Assembly (NCBI RefSeq): GCF_052425735.1 | Contig: NC_135761.1 | Location: forward strand, 57,598,001-57,662,000 | Direction: 5' to 3' | Length of the DNA: 64,000 bases | From: Oculina patagonica | Taxonomy: Eukaryota | Part shown: in pieces, positions 1-14,000 of the stretch | Layout of the letters: the number at the start of each line of letters is the position of its first letter | Numbering within the stretch: the stretch's first letter is position 1 | Program-made: the position numbers and the translations under genes | Notes under the pieces: generated by a model | Database searches by the model: none | The model's input: only the letters and a program-made list of their open reading frames with translations | Told to the model about the DNA's origin: nothing

Positions 1-312
1 CACCCGCAACATAACAATCTAACCTGTTATCTCATTTTGAGGGAGTCCGCAGTATTTTCAGAGACGTTACCAAGCGACAGATCGTACAACTACTGCGTTA
101 TGTGACGTGGCAATCTTCTGTGTACAGGGGAGTGTTCGCGCCCTTTTCAACTTTTCTTTTCGATTGGATATGGAAATTCTTAAAATTCTCCAGGCGCTTC
201 TATCGGGATTTGCCAAAACTGACACCACTACTTTTGCCTAAAGAGCGCAGATTCTTGACTTTTGGATAAATTCAGAGTTACGACTAAGCATTAAAGTTTA
301 CTCTGTACTCAC

Positions 313-1322
313 TCATGCAGTCCATTTGTTCCGAACTTTCTCCTTCGTCGCAATACTGTCCATCTTCACTTGGTATCGGATTAGTGCAAGTTCTTGTTCG
401 AATGCGCTGATTTCCCGCGCAAATTCCGGCAGCACAGCCGCTCCAACCTGACCAGCCTGACCAACCTCCGTTCACTTTCGCGCCAAAAACAGGGAGAGAA
501 AAAAGACAGTGATCAGTTACCGTGTTTTGCAAAATATACATTGTTATTGTGGTAGATTCAACACGTTAAACAATGTCTAAACCTTTTTAGTAGAAACTCA
601 ACTGTGTTCTATTGGAAATCCGCTAATCTGATTGGTTCTTCCAATGTTTTCTATTTTAACAATAGAGTGTTTCTGTCGAGGAACTATCGGCTGATAGTTG
701 CCCCGCGGAAATTTGATGTTCTTAAAACAAATATTAGCCCGAGAAGCGAAGCTTCGAGGGCAAATATGCTAGTTTTAAGAACATCAAATTTCCAAGGGGC
801 AACTATCAGACCGATAGTTCCGAAAAAATTTAGTTGTTCACCACTAAATTTTCTTCCGCGCGCACATACAAAAACAAGCATCGTAAATTATTTTTACTTT
901 TGAGGATAATAAACTCAATTGAAAGCCGAAATTTAACAAACGAAACAAAACCAAACGAGAAACCCACTAAATGCAGTGAATTTGGTTGGGTTTTTTTTGT
1001 CTGCAGGCAGCTTGTTTACAAAAAACAGTCACGGGCGGGCACTATCGATCCGGGCATTTTTCACGGGAGGGCACTATGGGCGATAATGCCCCCGGCGGAC
1101 GGGCATTATCGCGTCACGTGTTCAATTTAAACCAATTAGAATCGGAGAAAATTTAGTGGTGAACTATAATCGCCGATAGAAAACAGTCGCGCGCGCGCGT
1201 AGCTCTTTAAGCGGTAAATTTTCTTTATTTTTGTCTTCAAAGTGCACAATATTGTAGGTTTTGGACTGCAATCCTTTAGAGTTTCTACTAAAACAATTAG
1301 ACTACTCGTCTTCGTTTTCTAT

Positions 1323-1358
<36 letters not shown>

Positions 1359-1365
1359 TTGCTCA

Positions 1366-1400
<35 letters not shown>

Positions 1401-2722
1401 TACCTAGAAACGTTTTTCCGGGTGCTACAACGTATAAATTACAAATGATTCGACAGAAACAACTGCGCAACTAATCACATTCTTTCCTGTAAAGGTCAAG
1501 AATTTGCTTATGGTTCTTTTCCTGCTTAATGAAGCTCCTTTAATTTACAGGTGACAAAAAAACAAATTTTGGAAGCGCAAGATCCAGAGCGAGACTGTCA
1601 ATCTTCTTGTGAATGTAACGAACGAATGATAGAACAAGCCTCTAAAACTGTTACGAAGATATCGTGTTGAATTCCGGCATTCTGGTATCTAAAATACGCT
1701 TTTTTAAATTTCCAATGTATTGCCACTTTGTGGAAATGCTATACAAGTTGAAAACTACTATGTGGCTTTTTAAGGAGACAAGCGTGGCTCAGAGTGGTTT
1801 AGGGCGCTGGTGTTGTAATCTGGAGGTCCCCGGTTCAAGACCTGCCCCTGCCACTAGCTGGATTTGTTTCTCGGTTTTCCCGAGTTCAAATCCTCGACCA
1901 CGCTTTGTATATAGTCAACTGGTCTGCCTCCTGCCAGTTGGGATTTTTAACCTTGTTACGTTCATTTTAAAATTGTTTGTTTCCTCTGTTTCAGTGGCAT
2001 GCCTGTAAACTTGCTATCTCGTTGAGATATGAAGCTAAGTGCATGACCACTATAAACATATTTATTTTATATTAAATTTTTTTTATTTTAAGTATACCTG
2101 TTTGAAAAGGGAGAGCGGCATTTTAATGCTAAAGTGGCTTTGTCACGGATTTTAACAAATTTTTGAACAGCGAAAGTATATATTTTCGTCGTAGAAACCT
2201 AAAAATAATAGTCTAAATTTATGAGCAATTGCTATAATAGAGCACTGAAACCGTTAACAAGCTTCTTAGGCTGTGGATGGCTGGGATGGAAATGGATTAC
2301 AACTTGAAAAATTGAGGCTAAACTCTTCAAATTGTTTCCGTACGCCTTAAAAAATTGATATTTGAAGCCGTGGTTTGATTTCTCTCCACGAATTAAGGTT
2401 ATATCACGGCTCCTTCAGATGTTCAAAGATAATGACCAATTTTTTTAAGTTGCCTACCGCTAATTTCCGAACAGTACGGACAAAACCGCTGTGAAATCTC
2501 CGTGACGTAGCTACAGTTTAAGCCTTTACAATGTATTTTTACTTGTAAACAATTTCGACTCTACCTAATATTACAATATGCCGCATACATTTTCTTTTAC
2601 TGATGTAGGCTTAAAGTTTTAAAAAATTGTCAAAACAATTCATCCTTACCTGCTCCCGATACATAATTCCAAAATATCACTAGAGACAAAAACAGAAATA
2701 AACAAGTAATAACGTTATTCAT
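313..2722 (-). CDS. Secreted thrombospondin type-1 repeat (TSP1/TSR) protein, 5' part; continues beyond the left edge of the window
   Basis: Exon 1 2722-2650 encodes MNNVITCLFLFLSLVIFWNYVSGA (signal-peptide-like) and ends at a phase-1 GTAAGG donor. Exon 2 474-313 (AG acceptor, GTGAGT donor, phase 1-1) encodes VNGGWSGWSGWSGCAAGICAGNQRIRTRTCTNPIPSEDGQYCDEGESSEQMDCM, with the TSP1 WSxWSxW...RxRxC signature. Confidence 0.85.
600..1400. repeat. Interspersed repeat with long internal palindromes (non-autonomous element, family unassigned)
   Basis: Imperfect palindromes at ~682-820 (aactatcgg...ccgatagtt) and ~1290-1396 (aacaattagactac...gtagtctaattgtt); no coding potential. Confidence 0.5.
1778..2070 (+). 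mobile_element. tRNA-derived SINE
   Basis: Pol III A-box-like GTGGCTCAGAGTGG and B-box-like GGTTCAAGACC head, followed by a body and an AT-rich tail. Confidence 0.7.
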
Positions 2723-5361
2723 GTTGACAGCCCCAATCTGTGAAACTCTATTCTAATGAGCAAGGCTAAAGCATAGCACTCGCTCCGGCTCAACTGTCCT
2801 GGCTCTCCGTTGAAGCGGAATGATTATTTCAAGCTGCCTTAAAATGAGACTGTTTCAGAAAATTCATAAATGTTTACTTTATGAACACCTGAAATGATTA
2901 ACTGATTAGTCCGGTTGACACAGGTGGCTCAATAGATCCCGTTGAATGTGAAAACCTTACACTGTAACAGTTTGTTTGCTCACACTTTTTTCGGGAGAAC
3001 TAAACGCGTTCGAATAATTTATCATCGCTAAAGACTAAAAGGTGTTAAGTTTTTTTGTAATCTTTTCAACGTTCTCCGTGTTAAATCGCTCTTCCCCGTT
3101 TGACCTTAGTTATTATAGCTTAATTAAGACAGAGCCACATTCCGATGATTTAATCTCGGTCAGTAAAGTGCATGTATGAAAAGAAAAGAAATGGTTAAGT
3201 TATACATAATATTGTTAACACCTTTTTTGGTATTCATTATTGTCTTTAAAAAATTACTCGTCAACTTCACGTGCAGTAGAAAGATATGGGAACTTTTGCA
3301 AGCTATCGCCTACAAATAGTCGCTCAAGGGCCGTAGTTAGACTTTTACTAAGTATACGCGCACATAAATTCTTCATCGGGAGTTTTGAAAGTAAAGTACT
3401 TTGTTATAATGGCAAAATGGTCCAGGATGAAAATAGGAATTTTGCTTGGCTCCCTGAATGGTCCGAATTTCGCAATACAAATAACATGTACTGTTCAAGA
3501 ATTCGTTCGGTTTTGAAACATTGTGCTAAAGAAAACTGTTTTTTATAAAGTAGAATGTGCTAAGCGCTTACGCGCTTTTCCGTAGAATGAATATCTTATT
3601 CTTCAACAAAGTTGTAAAAAAGCCAATATTGATCAGTCCAGTTTGTTCAGTCCATATTGAAAAAAAAAATGACCTCGATTTTTTCCCTTTTTGTTAATTT
3701 ATGTGCATAGCGCCACTTTTAAAGTATCTATATAAAACACATTCGGCTCAATCTAAAAGCTATAGTTTTCTTATTTTTCATTTACAATGTATTTTAAGAC
3801 TCAACAGTAATATAACTTTCTGTAAAAAGAGCAATATTCTGTTTGGTTACCAAAATCACAGGTGTATTAAGCGTCAACAATCTACTGTAATATTAGGTTC
3901 ATATTTACTTCTTATGCCACAAATTCTAAAGACATTTTTCTCAGTTTGTCGAAAAAAAATTTATCTGACAAAAACTGTAAACACGTTTTGGTGCTAAATT
4001 CTAACACGCTGAAATTTCGCTGAAGAATTTGAATTGTTCATATTTTTGGCAATAAGCACCAAAAACACATCTGGAGATGCGGAAAAAATATGCGTTTTCC
4101 CTGCAACAAAATGTGGAGTCGTAAATTTGAAGAGACTTCAATGTTTGTAGGCAGTGTAAATATTTGACGTCAAGAAATCAGGAATAAACCCACATGTGTA
4201 AAAAGCTATGCAAACTGTGCGTGGCGCCATCCCAGATGACCAAACAAAACTGCAAACTAATTATTGGCGCTCGTTCCCATTTTTCTTGAACGGGAGGTTT
4301 TATTGTAACGAAAATACTGAAAATACTATTAGCTTCAGTTTAACTTACGCAATTCATTCTTAAATCTTCTTCTACCGTGTGCCCTTTTTGTAAAAAAAAA
4401 AACTTACAAACGTGAATCTTTACGTTCAGCCAATTTAGATTAAACACTAGCTGCAGATGGATCGAAAATGAAATTTTAAATATAATCTGTGAACTCGGAC
4501 ATGTTAAACAGCTCCATTTAATTCTGATTGGATTTTATTACAGGGCATATCCTTATATGGCAATCACAGCTTGTGTTAGTTGTGTGGTCACTCATTGCTT
4601 TTTTCGGAGTTCCCTAACCATTTAGGAATTTGCGGGATAATTCTTCTCTTTGCGGTTATAAAGTAAGTTACAGAAATAATAAATTCTTAAAGGTGATTAA
4701 AATATTACTGAGTGATTTCAATTTGTTTCAAGCTTCACCTATATTTCCGCATTAATCGTATAAACAAGCGATATTTTAATGACGAAAATGATTACATTAT
4801 TTCGTGTAACATTCCAGACTTGACGGAGATACTCGAAACTAACGCAGGAGTCCCGTTTATAACAAACGCTTCGGTAGTTTTGACCGAACGTAAATCATGA
4901 CGAAAAATAGCTTGCGATCAAGACAATTTTTCAGCACTCTTATTTACCGGTGTCTTTGCGTGCTTGCGTCAAAACCCTTTTTTTTTTTTTGCGCGACCCA
5001 CGTACGAAGAGAATACAATAGTGCGAAAATATCAGCCTGGTCCCAGATTGGGGATAACTACTGCCCACACAAATCCGACCCATTCAACTAATTTTTTTAT
5101 GGTGAAGGTTGTAGCTACACAAATAAGCTCATGGCAGGTTTGTCTCCAAGCTTACGGCATGGCCGTTTTATTATTTACCAGGTCACCACGGGCACGTAAG
5201 AAGCGCAATCAAAATAGGAATCTTGAATTTGGGCTAGAGAATTTCAATATCTAAAGTATTGGCGAAGTAAGTGAATCAACGTCGTAGGATATTTTTCGAT
5301 TCGAGTGATTAACAGAAGCCTATGGGAACTTGTGTTGGAACGCAAGGTCTTTTCAAAGGAA

Positions 5362-5905
5362 TAGCCTGTTTCAGGCGTTCGGTTAAGCCTGGTTTTCACT
5401 AGCGACGCATGCACAAGCGCAAGCATAAGCGCAATCACGCGAAAAGGACAAATTTTTGACCCTTGTGCTTGTGCTTGCCACAAGCAAAAGCTCAAGCATC
5501 AAAATGCAATGCGCTTGTGCTTTTGTTTGCGTCGAAGCTAGCCTGTTCCAGGCGTTCGGTTTGTTGGGGAGCGCGAAAAACGGCGAGTCCCCTTCCCATT
5601 TTTTCGCTCGCCGTTCCTCGCGCCGCTTCCCAACTAACCGAACTCCTGGAACAGGCTACGTCAAAGCCGTTTTTACGGTGAAATAAGAACTCTTGCGCTT
5701 GCGCTTGTGCTTGCGTCGCTAGTAAAAACCAAGCTTTAGTTGCGGAGTAGCTCGAAGAACGGCGAGTTTTTTCAGTTTTAATGATGAGGGTTACTCGGAA
5801 AGACGCTTCGCTAACCCGTCGCCATTTTTCTACTCGCCGTTCTTCGCGTTAATCCCGTTTTCCGGCGCGCTTCTTCCCAACTGACCGAAAGCCTGGAACA
5901 GGCCA
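5362..5905. mobile_element. Three-level MITE nest: outer TAGCCTGTT-type element, containing AAGCCTGGTTTTCACTAGCGACGC-type MITE (~5385-5737), containing a second TAGCCTGTT-type copy (5539-5658)
   Basis: Terminal inverted repeats are visible at each level. An uninterrupted copy of the middle MITE lies at ~7022-7249. Confidence 0.7.
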
Positions 5906-5959
5906 TCATCATTTTTTGTAACTCAAAAAATTCCAAGGTAAGCTTAACTGTGAAGGTCT

Positions 5960-6205
5960 TTAGCGATAAGGGGAGTTGACAGGGAAGTGTGGGCTTTTGT
6001 TGCCTAATAGTATATCGAGAAAGGGCAGAACGTGGTTAACTTCCTTAGGGTTAGGGTTTTGACTGTTAATGAAATCAAAGAAAAGGTTGGCATCCCGCTC
6101 GGAGTGAAACAGGCAAAATGCGTCGTCTACACAACGACGGCAAAATAACACTTCGGATATGTTCTTAACTAAACCGGAAAAAATTCTCCTTTCTCTAAAC
6201 GGCAA
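5960..6205 (-). pseudogene. Degenerate reverse-transcriptase fragment of a Penelope-like retroelement
   Basis: Translation RRCVDDAFCLFHSERDANLFFDFINSQNPN..KEVNHVLPFLDILL resembles the YVDD...F...N..HPNI.FT.E.E....LPFLD motif region of Penelope-type RTs; internally deleted. Confidence 0.7.
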
Positions 6206-7021
6206 AACTAGCCAATAAAACGATTAAACCTGAACTAGCCAAATGTTCAATAATACATATGTATAGTATACAGCACAAACGGAAATGTCATAGACTATAA
6301 TCTAAGAATATTCATAAGAATATTTTAGGGCTAACATCTGCAGAAAAATTAGAATACTCAGCCTGGGCCGGAAAAACAGTATTCCTATAGAAAGAAAGTA
6401 TGCAATTGATTTAGGCAGACGGTCGTTATAACCTGAACGATGGCGAAATCATTTGTAAACAACAGCTCGAAATATTTATTCTCCCAACCGATTTTCAGAT
6501 ATTTCTTTTAATGTTAGTAGTGAGAATTAAGCGGCATATTTCCCAGCTAGCTGATGAGACTTGATGATTTTCCTTATTCTCATTAACTGTCTGCTTGACA
6601 ATGTCTCGATTTTGTAAGGGGAAAATTGGAGTTGATCATTCTCTTGAATTTAATGCGCAATTCATCAGTCACGAAATCAATAAGATTTTCTTTATTGCCA
6701 TATTATCTAACATAGTTTATTCTATTGGAATACGTAACAGAATCCTTGTTATGGTAAGATTTTAAGAAGCCTTTTGCGGAACTCCAGAACAATTTTTCTT
6801 GCATGCGTTTTGTTTCTTCGCATTCCAAATTAAATTTATCTTGTAGATTTTTAGTTCTTTTCCAAGAGAAGTAATCGAATTTCAGACTCATTTCTCGGCT
6901 TAAAAAATATCTTTGTATATACCTAGTCTAGCCCGATTTCGAAAGCTCGAATAGCGCGATAACAGTGACCACCGATTTGCACGTAGCCTTTATTTGCGTT
7001 CTCACGCAAAACCTCTCCTCT

Positions 7022-7249
7022 TAAGCCTGGTTTTCACTAGCGACGCAAGGAAGCAAAAGTGCGATCATGCAAAAAGGACAAAGTTCAATCCTTGTGCTTG
7101 TGCTTGCAGCAAGCACAAGCACAAGCATCAAAATGCAATGCGCTTGTGATTTTGCTTGAGTCGAAGCCGTTTTCACGAAGAAATAAGAACTGTTATCCTT
7201 GCGCTTGTGCTAGCGCTTATGCTTGCGTCGCCAGTGCAAACCAGGCTTA
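7022..7249. mobile_element. MITE (AAGCCTGGTTTTCACTAGCGACGC TIR)
   Basis: TIRs taagcctggttttcactagcgacgc / gcgtcgccagtgcaaaccaggctta; homologous to the interrupted copy at 5385-5737. Confidence 0.7.
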
Positions 7250-8094
7250 AAACAGACAGTCAAGGAGCGTTGCGTGACTGTCTGCATAACGGCTGCGAAG
7301 GGGACAAGAGACCTTAATCACAAGACGGCGTTTGCCGCAAAGGCTGAAATTACTCCATTACTCGATAGGAAGATGTTGTCAGATTATTTGCTTACTAATA
7401 CACCCAATTGAAGAAATTTTGACCATCTAAAAAATAATGAATGATAGGAGCCAATGGCATTCTGGTTAGACAGCCTTGGTAAGCTTAGTAATGTTCCTTT
7501 GTTGATAATTAAAATTAATAGCACGTAGTGTTTGCATGTAAAATAAAAGCTTCCAATGTTCTGCTATTGTTGTTCCAGTTGTTAAACTTAGATTAACTAA
7601 ACAAGTTTAGTTTCTGTCAATAGTATTAAGGGAGACTTGATTAAAGATCTTTCCACAGCTAGATCCCAACCTGAACTGTACATTCAATGTAAGGGCCATG
7701 TCAGTGGTAGGATACCATGGAAAAGAGTTCGCGATTGGTTCTTTTCCATACATGAATACCAGCTGTTCTTGGAAGAGAGTAAAAACAACCCAACCGGGTA
7801 GTTATCTTGAATAATCACAGCAGATATTTGCTTTCAGTTTGTGGAAAAAACTGTGCAAGTCAGGAATCGTTTTCCACCACTATCCATGACACAATTCCTT
7901 CACTCTCTTGGTAAATTCATTGTCCTACAAAACGGCTTTCAGTAGTTAGCGCGACAAATGTCATCTCGCTGATCGACAGAATGGCAATTTTCTCGCTATA
8001 TTGGAGAAAGAAGACATTATGCTCAAAACAGCACTGTTTTTGAAAAAGGGCGCGAATCGATATGTATTTCCATAAGCTTAGTTCACACAGTGTA

Positions 8095-11000
8095 TTATCC
8101 TTCTGTCGGTTGTTGCGTTGTTGTAGCAGTCGCTTCCTCTGCGCTGGGCTTGACTAAATGTTTCAGGTGATTGTTGTACATCCATCCGTCACCATGACGA
8201 TGAAATAGCTGAAATAAAAAAAGAATAATGAATGAAAACACAGACATAGATACCCACTTCGTTGTCCACCGTAAAAGTTGACGTTGCAGGCGCTGTTGTG
8301 TCCCAAAATTAGTATGGGATTTTACCAAGCTATGTGGTATTGACACGTTAAAAAAATTCTTCAAGGTTCAAAAGTAAACTGAGGAGGAACTTACTTTTGT
8401 CTTCCACTCTACACCAGTATCTTTTCTCTCTCTAGCTTCTTTTCGTTGTCTTTCTTCAAGCTGAAGCAAAAACAGACATACGTTCAGTTACCTCTTGGCA
8501 ACTTTTGACGCCACTGGTATTATCATAATCACCTTCGTAGATCGCTTTGATTTTTTTCTTAACATGGCCAAGCGACGGTAATCAGAGTAATCATTCACAA
8601 GGCACTATGGAAACATTTTAGTCTTATTTTAATTGCTAACTTTGAGTTACAATTGAGAAAAGTCTAAAAGAAAAGCCAAACCTAAATGACTTTAACTTTT
8701 AGAACTGTTTTTCTGGATTATCTTTCGCTGGTTTAAACATCCGGGGTCTGACCTCTTCAAATCCTGGATATTCACGGTCCATCCTCCCTTCGTTTGTGTT
8801 CGAAGCATTGAGCAATTATATGTTTACAACTGTATATCCTTTCAATGTTGCCTGCTTGAGGTTAACAGTCACACCAATCTGAACCTCACTCACCTCGTGT
8901 TTAGCTGACGTCGCTGACTCGATGTCATCCGTCTTTAGCGAATGCGTGACTTTGTGCCATAACCGGCGAGACTCGAACTCTTCCTGGTTTGACAGTGGAC
9001 ACACTCGCTTACGACATACCGGAAGTAAGTGTGTGTCCAGGATTCTAGGTTCTTCCTAGACAAGCCAAAAAATACGACAAGTTTCATACACAACCCTGTA
9101 TAGTGCTACAGAAGAATCTTTCCAGCATCGTTCTCTTGGGGAAATGGTCAGACCTATTGTCCTCAGACAGGACCCACGACTCTGCAAAAAGACAGATGGT
9201 CTCTTCATGTACCCCCACCCCCTTCCCTACTTTTAAATAAAAGATGGTGTCTTGTTTGTATAGCCCCCACTCTATCAGGAGTAGAAACTAATGAAAAGAT
9301 TCAAACCTCCTTGTGCCATTTCTCCAGCAATACAAGCTTCATGCACACCAAATATGAAAGTCTCAACTCAAATTTTGAGGCTAATAAATTTTGTCCGTTT
9401 GACTAATCAAACAGGCGGTATCTTGCATAGCCCCCATTTCCCTTCACAAGGTTGATCCTTGCCGAGTACACTTGTTATGACTGACCACTTCCCTTTTTAA
9501 CACACAAATTGTTCTCATTGGTGTTTGTACTCTAATTTAGTACTCAAGTCATTGCTAACATCTCAAACTTAGAAAAAAAATTAACTAGAAACAGCTTGTG
9601 ATTGATGCTAACGATTGTACGCGATTGCATGGACACAGTAAACCAGTCGGGGGAACAAGTGCCAGTTAATGGCGAGGTCACTTCTCCGAGAAGTGACTGA
9701 GCCCGCGGTTTTCGTCCGAAAAGTTGCTAAGCACCATGACGTATTTATACGCGCGACGGTTTTCGAAATACTCGTGAGCGCTCACGCTAGTTTTTGATTG
9801 GATGAAATAATTCGGAAATTCTTCGAGTGATTCAACGAAAATTTGCCAAAACTGGCAGTTATTCCCCAGACTGAAACCGTCTGTAATGTAGACGTTTTCT
9901 AAAGAACATGTATCTAAAATTGTATGTGTTCCGCTCATATTTGCTTTAGTTACTATATTGCACTGATCTTATGAAGCTGTTAATTTAATTACACGGAGGC
10001 GCTGCACACTAGAAGAACTGAAAGCAGCTGCCAATGAGAGATACGTTTGCCAGACTGTTCAATTTTTGATAAATGTATGCTAAAGAGACAATGAAATAAC
10101 ACCTATACAAATAAAGATGGCCTTGTACATCAATATAATTTCACCTTGTTGATTGGGTCCTGAACTCTCACTACTTACCGACTTAAATTTTCTACAACAC
10201 AGTAATGAGAAGTTAGAAATTAATCAAACAAACCTGATGGCTCGTGAAGCTGAGTTCTACCTTTCCATTCCACTCGCCATTCACTTTACAGATCACTCTC
10301 CCAGTAGTTGTGTTCTTCACCTCGCCTGTGACGCGATGAAGTTTCCCGCCATAAAACGGCTTTGTGTGAAACGTGACCGACGCGTTGTAACCAGTCTTGG
10401 CGCACGTGATGTGAACTTTGCCTCCTAACTCCACCCAGGGAAAGGTTAAAATTGACCTGAAAATAAGTATTGAAAAAAGTGTTAACAGGTGTCATGGGCA
10501 TTTTTATGGGATGGTTTTTGTTGTCAGCAGACTGAGTCGAGCGAGAAGCAAAAAAAAGCAACTTTCGCTGCTCTCACGACAAGATCAAGACGACTATTTG
10601 CAAGTTTCCTGTTGCGTCCAGAACGTAACGGAGGTTTAGACCTTGTTATTAAGCAAGCCTTCGTTGAAGGCCGCGTTGTCTTTTAAATCTGCTGTCTGGG
10701 AATGACAATAGATCGATTATCAAGAAAACAAACCAAGACTCGACATACCTGCAATACGTGCTAGGAAACGTTATGACGTAATCTTCGTTGTGCTCTAACA
10801 GAGAAACAACACCTGAATAAAAACAATCAACAGATTAGCTGAGAATACTAAGTGTAGTAAAAAATAAGGAAAACGTTTGTTCGCGGGTAACACCCAAACT
10901 CCAAACATGGACAGCAAGCTCAAAGAACAACACAAAACGATTTAACAGCGGTTAACGGGATTAGGGTTGAGGACGAATAAGACAAATATTGGATGAATGA

Positions 11001-14000
11001 AAGATACGGGTAAGGACTACTCGCACACACTCTTGCTGTACACAACATAAAATGTTCTGAATTCTGGCAAATACTTAATTTAACAATGATTAACTTAACA
11101 CAGTTTGGACAAGGTAATAATTTAAAACTAGACTGCGTAGCAGGCGTCTGTGTACCTTTTTTAGCGCGTTTAAAAGATCGCGCCTTTCGCGTTTCCCATA
11201 CGAGCTCGAAACTACGGCTACGCAGGCTAATTTAAAAACATACTCTCCATACTTTACCCGTCCGGGGCTGGAGAACTATCAGATAATTTCCATTGCTTTT
11301 ATAAAATTTAATGTCCAGACAAAGTTAAGATTGTTTGATAAAAAAGCAACTGAATGGAAATGATGTTGCATAACACATCATTGGCCAGCTGATGAATATT
11401 TTTATTCTCAACACCTATCTGCATGACAATGTATAGATATTGTAAGGTGAATTATAATTTTCATCAAGCCTCTTACCTACTCCTTGATTCACCACACCTA
11501 TAGACATGCCGTAAAACTTGGACTTCGTCCAAATATGCGCATTAAAACACAGCTTCTTACTCGGACACTCAGCGTAAAATCCAGAGACTGTAAACAGAAA
11601 AAAAAAAACTCGGTATGAGGGATTTTAATAAATTAGTGACACAAGCTACCCGTTTTTACACCCCCGTTATACCTCTTCCAAGCTTAACATATATATATAA
11701 TTTCTTTCCTAAGGGATTTTTGTTCCGACCAAACATGAAACAAACTGCGACTTCGTATGTAGAATGGTTACATTAGTTTGTAGAATGGCTACACTCGTAT
11801 GTAGAATGGCAACATTAAGGCAAAATCATGCAAACGGCAAATTACAGGTTTTAACGAGATGACTATCAAAAGAAACCGCTATGCTGCGTTGGCGGCGAAG
11901 TGTCTAAAAGGAGATTAGCAAATTAACCGCCGCTTTGCATTACAAGACCACAACTTTCTCATTGGCCGTACGTCGGAGCTAATAAGAAGATTTAGCTTCA
12001 GGTTCTAACGGGAAACGGCAAACGCCAGAATACTACTGATTCACCCTGCGAGCAGAGCCCCTTCTTTTTCCACTGATATGCTTAATCTCAACCGTAGGGA
12101 AGTTAAAAGAGGCTCTGCTCGCAGGGTGCTACTGATTCAGTTTACTTTTTCTCTGATTATCGAATAAATACATCAGAAAAATAGAAAATAATTTACTTAT
12201 TCACATCAAACACGAAACTTCTTACTTTGACAATCATATAAGCGGCAAACGACAAACAGCGAAAGTTGTTGTTGTTGTTTTTGTTTGTTTTTTGCCGTTT
12301 GCGGGTAAAATAAACGTGAAGCTTAATCTCTTTAATGGCAATATCTGCGCAAGTTAATGAGTCAACCAGACAATATTTTTAAGGAGCTGTGTGTCATTTG
12401 TCTGATGTACAAAACTACTTTTAAATTCAATGAAACTTCAACACAATAGTTTCTTAGGGTAGAAAAATACCAAAGAAATAACAAGCCTAGCCTGCGAATA
12501 TAGCCGCCTCTCATGAGAGTCGGCTGTATTCACAGGTTATAACAAGCCAAAAAAGGATGTTTTTAACTAAGTACGATAACGACAGAATACGAACGCCAAA
12601 CTTGGTTAATTTTATTTCGCCGTCCGTAAACATTCTACTCACTCGGAGGATGATGGGATACTTGCTCTGCGACGAACGTTAGGTTATCATCCGTGGCAGT
12701 CGTAGTATGGTCGATATGGCTGTTTGTAGAAACGTGTTGGGGGTTGGACGTGCATGGCACCTTCCACGAACAGTGAAACGTCTCTCCTAATATAGGATTG
12801 TAAGGTTTCTTGGCTAAAGCACCCTGAAGACAAATCACACAGCAGATCAAATTATCGCTTCAAAACAAACACTCTTTTCTGAGTTCGTCAAGCGTGGAAA
12901 AAATGCGCGAGTGGAAAAAGGCTGTGGGCTCTTTTTCGCATTTTCGTTTTATTTTTAAATAATGTATCTAGAAATAACAGGTAGAACAATGGGTGGTTTT
13001 ATCGTCTCACCTTTCTTCCAGCATGGAAAGAAGTTAAGTAGAATTCTAAAACAGCTAAGATTCTATCCTCTGCAGTGAGACCATCAGGAATTCTGAATAA
13101 GCGAAACAAACAACAAGTTGTCGGTGGTGAAATAACTTTAACTTCGTTTCAAATACAGTCACTGCGTGAAATGAATAATTTCGTGGAATTTACGGGGCCG
13201 TGATATTTCACTACACCCGAGGTGTCATGGAGTGGAACGCGACGTGTCAGGAAACGTGGCGTGTCGGAGAGTGTCATGTTCCTGACACCCGCGACACGGC
13301 GTGTCAGGACAAATCATGGCCTGGGTACGATTCGTGTGTCGTGTCAAGGAATGTCAGGGCTCTCACACTTACCAGCACGTTAATAATCTTTTGTCGATTT
13401 TGACTGATGATGTGGACAGTTTTATCATTCTTTCCACCGCAACTAAACCTCACACGGAAACCGGAATCTGTTGAAGCTTGTGCGCATTCATAGATTTAAT
13501 GTCAACAAGGCGTGCAGGACATATGATCGATTCCTTTAGTTATACAAGGTGCCAAAATAATGAAAGGACTACTTGTACAAACAGCAGCGAAGTGAAGCCG
13601 GATAAAACGATAAACTAAATGCAAGGTCCGATCAGCCTTGCATTTAGTTTATCTTAAGTTGTACGCCTCTCATATTTCAGTTCATTATCGCTAAGCGAGA
13701 AGTGAGTCTCAGTACAGTTCTTTTCCATTTTCACTCAGCTTTTCTCATTACGTCAATGAGATCAATTTTACGAATCTTTACCCTCTTTTGCTTATTGCTT
13801 ATTAAAGGTTCTTTACGCATCTTAACGATTCTTAACTTATCACGTAAAGGTATTCTTTTACGCGCTTTTACATATTGCGTAAAGGTATTCTTTACGTATC
13901 TGTACGATTCTTTAGGTATCGGAAACTCGTCTTTACGCCTGTTTACGGATCGCGGAAGGATCGAGAAGGATGTTGATAATGCCGCAAGTTCATTTTAAAT

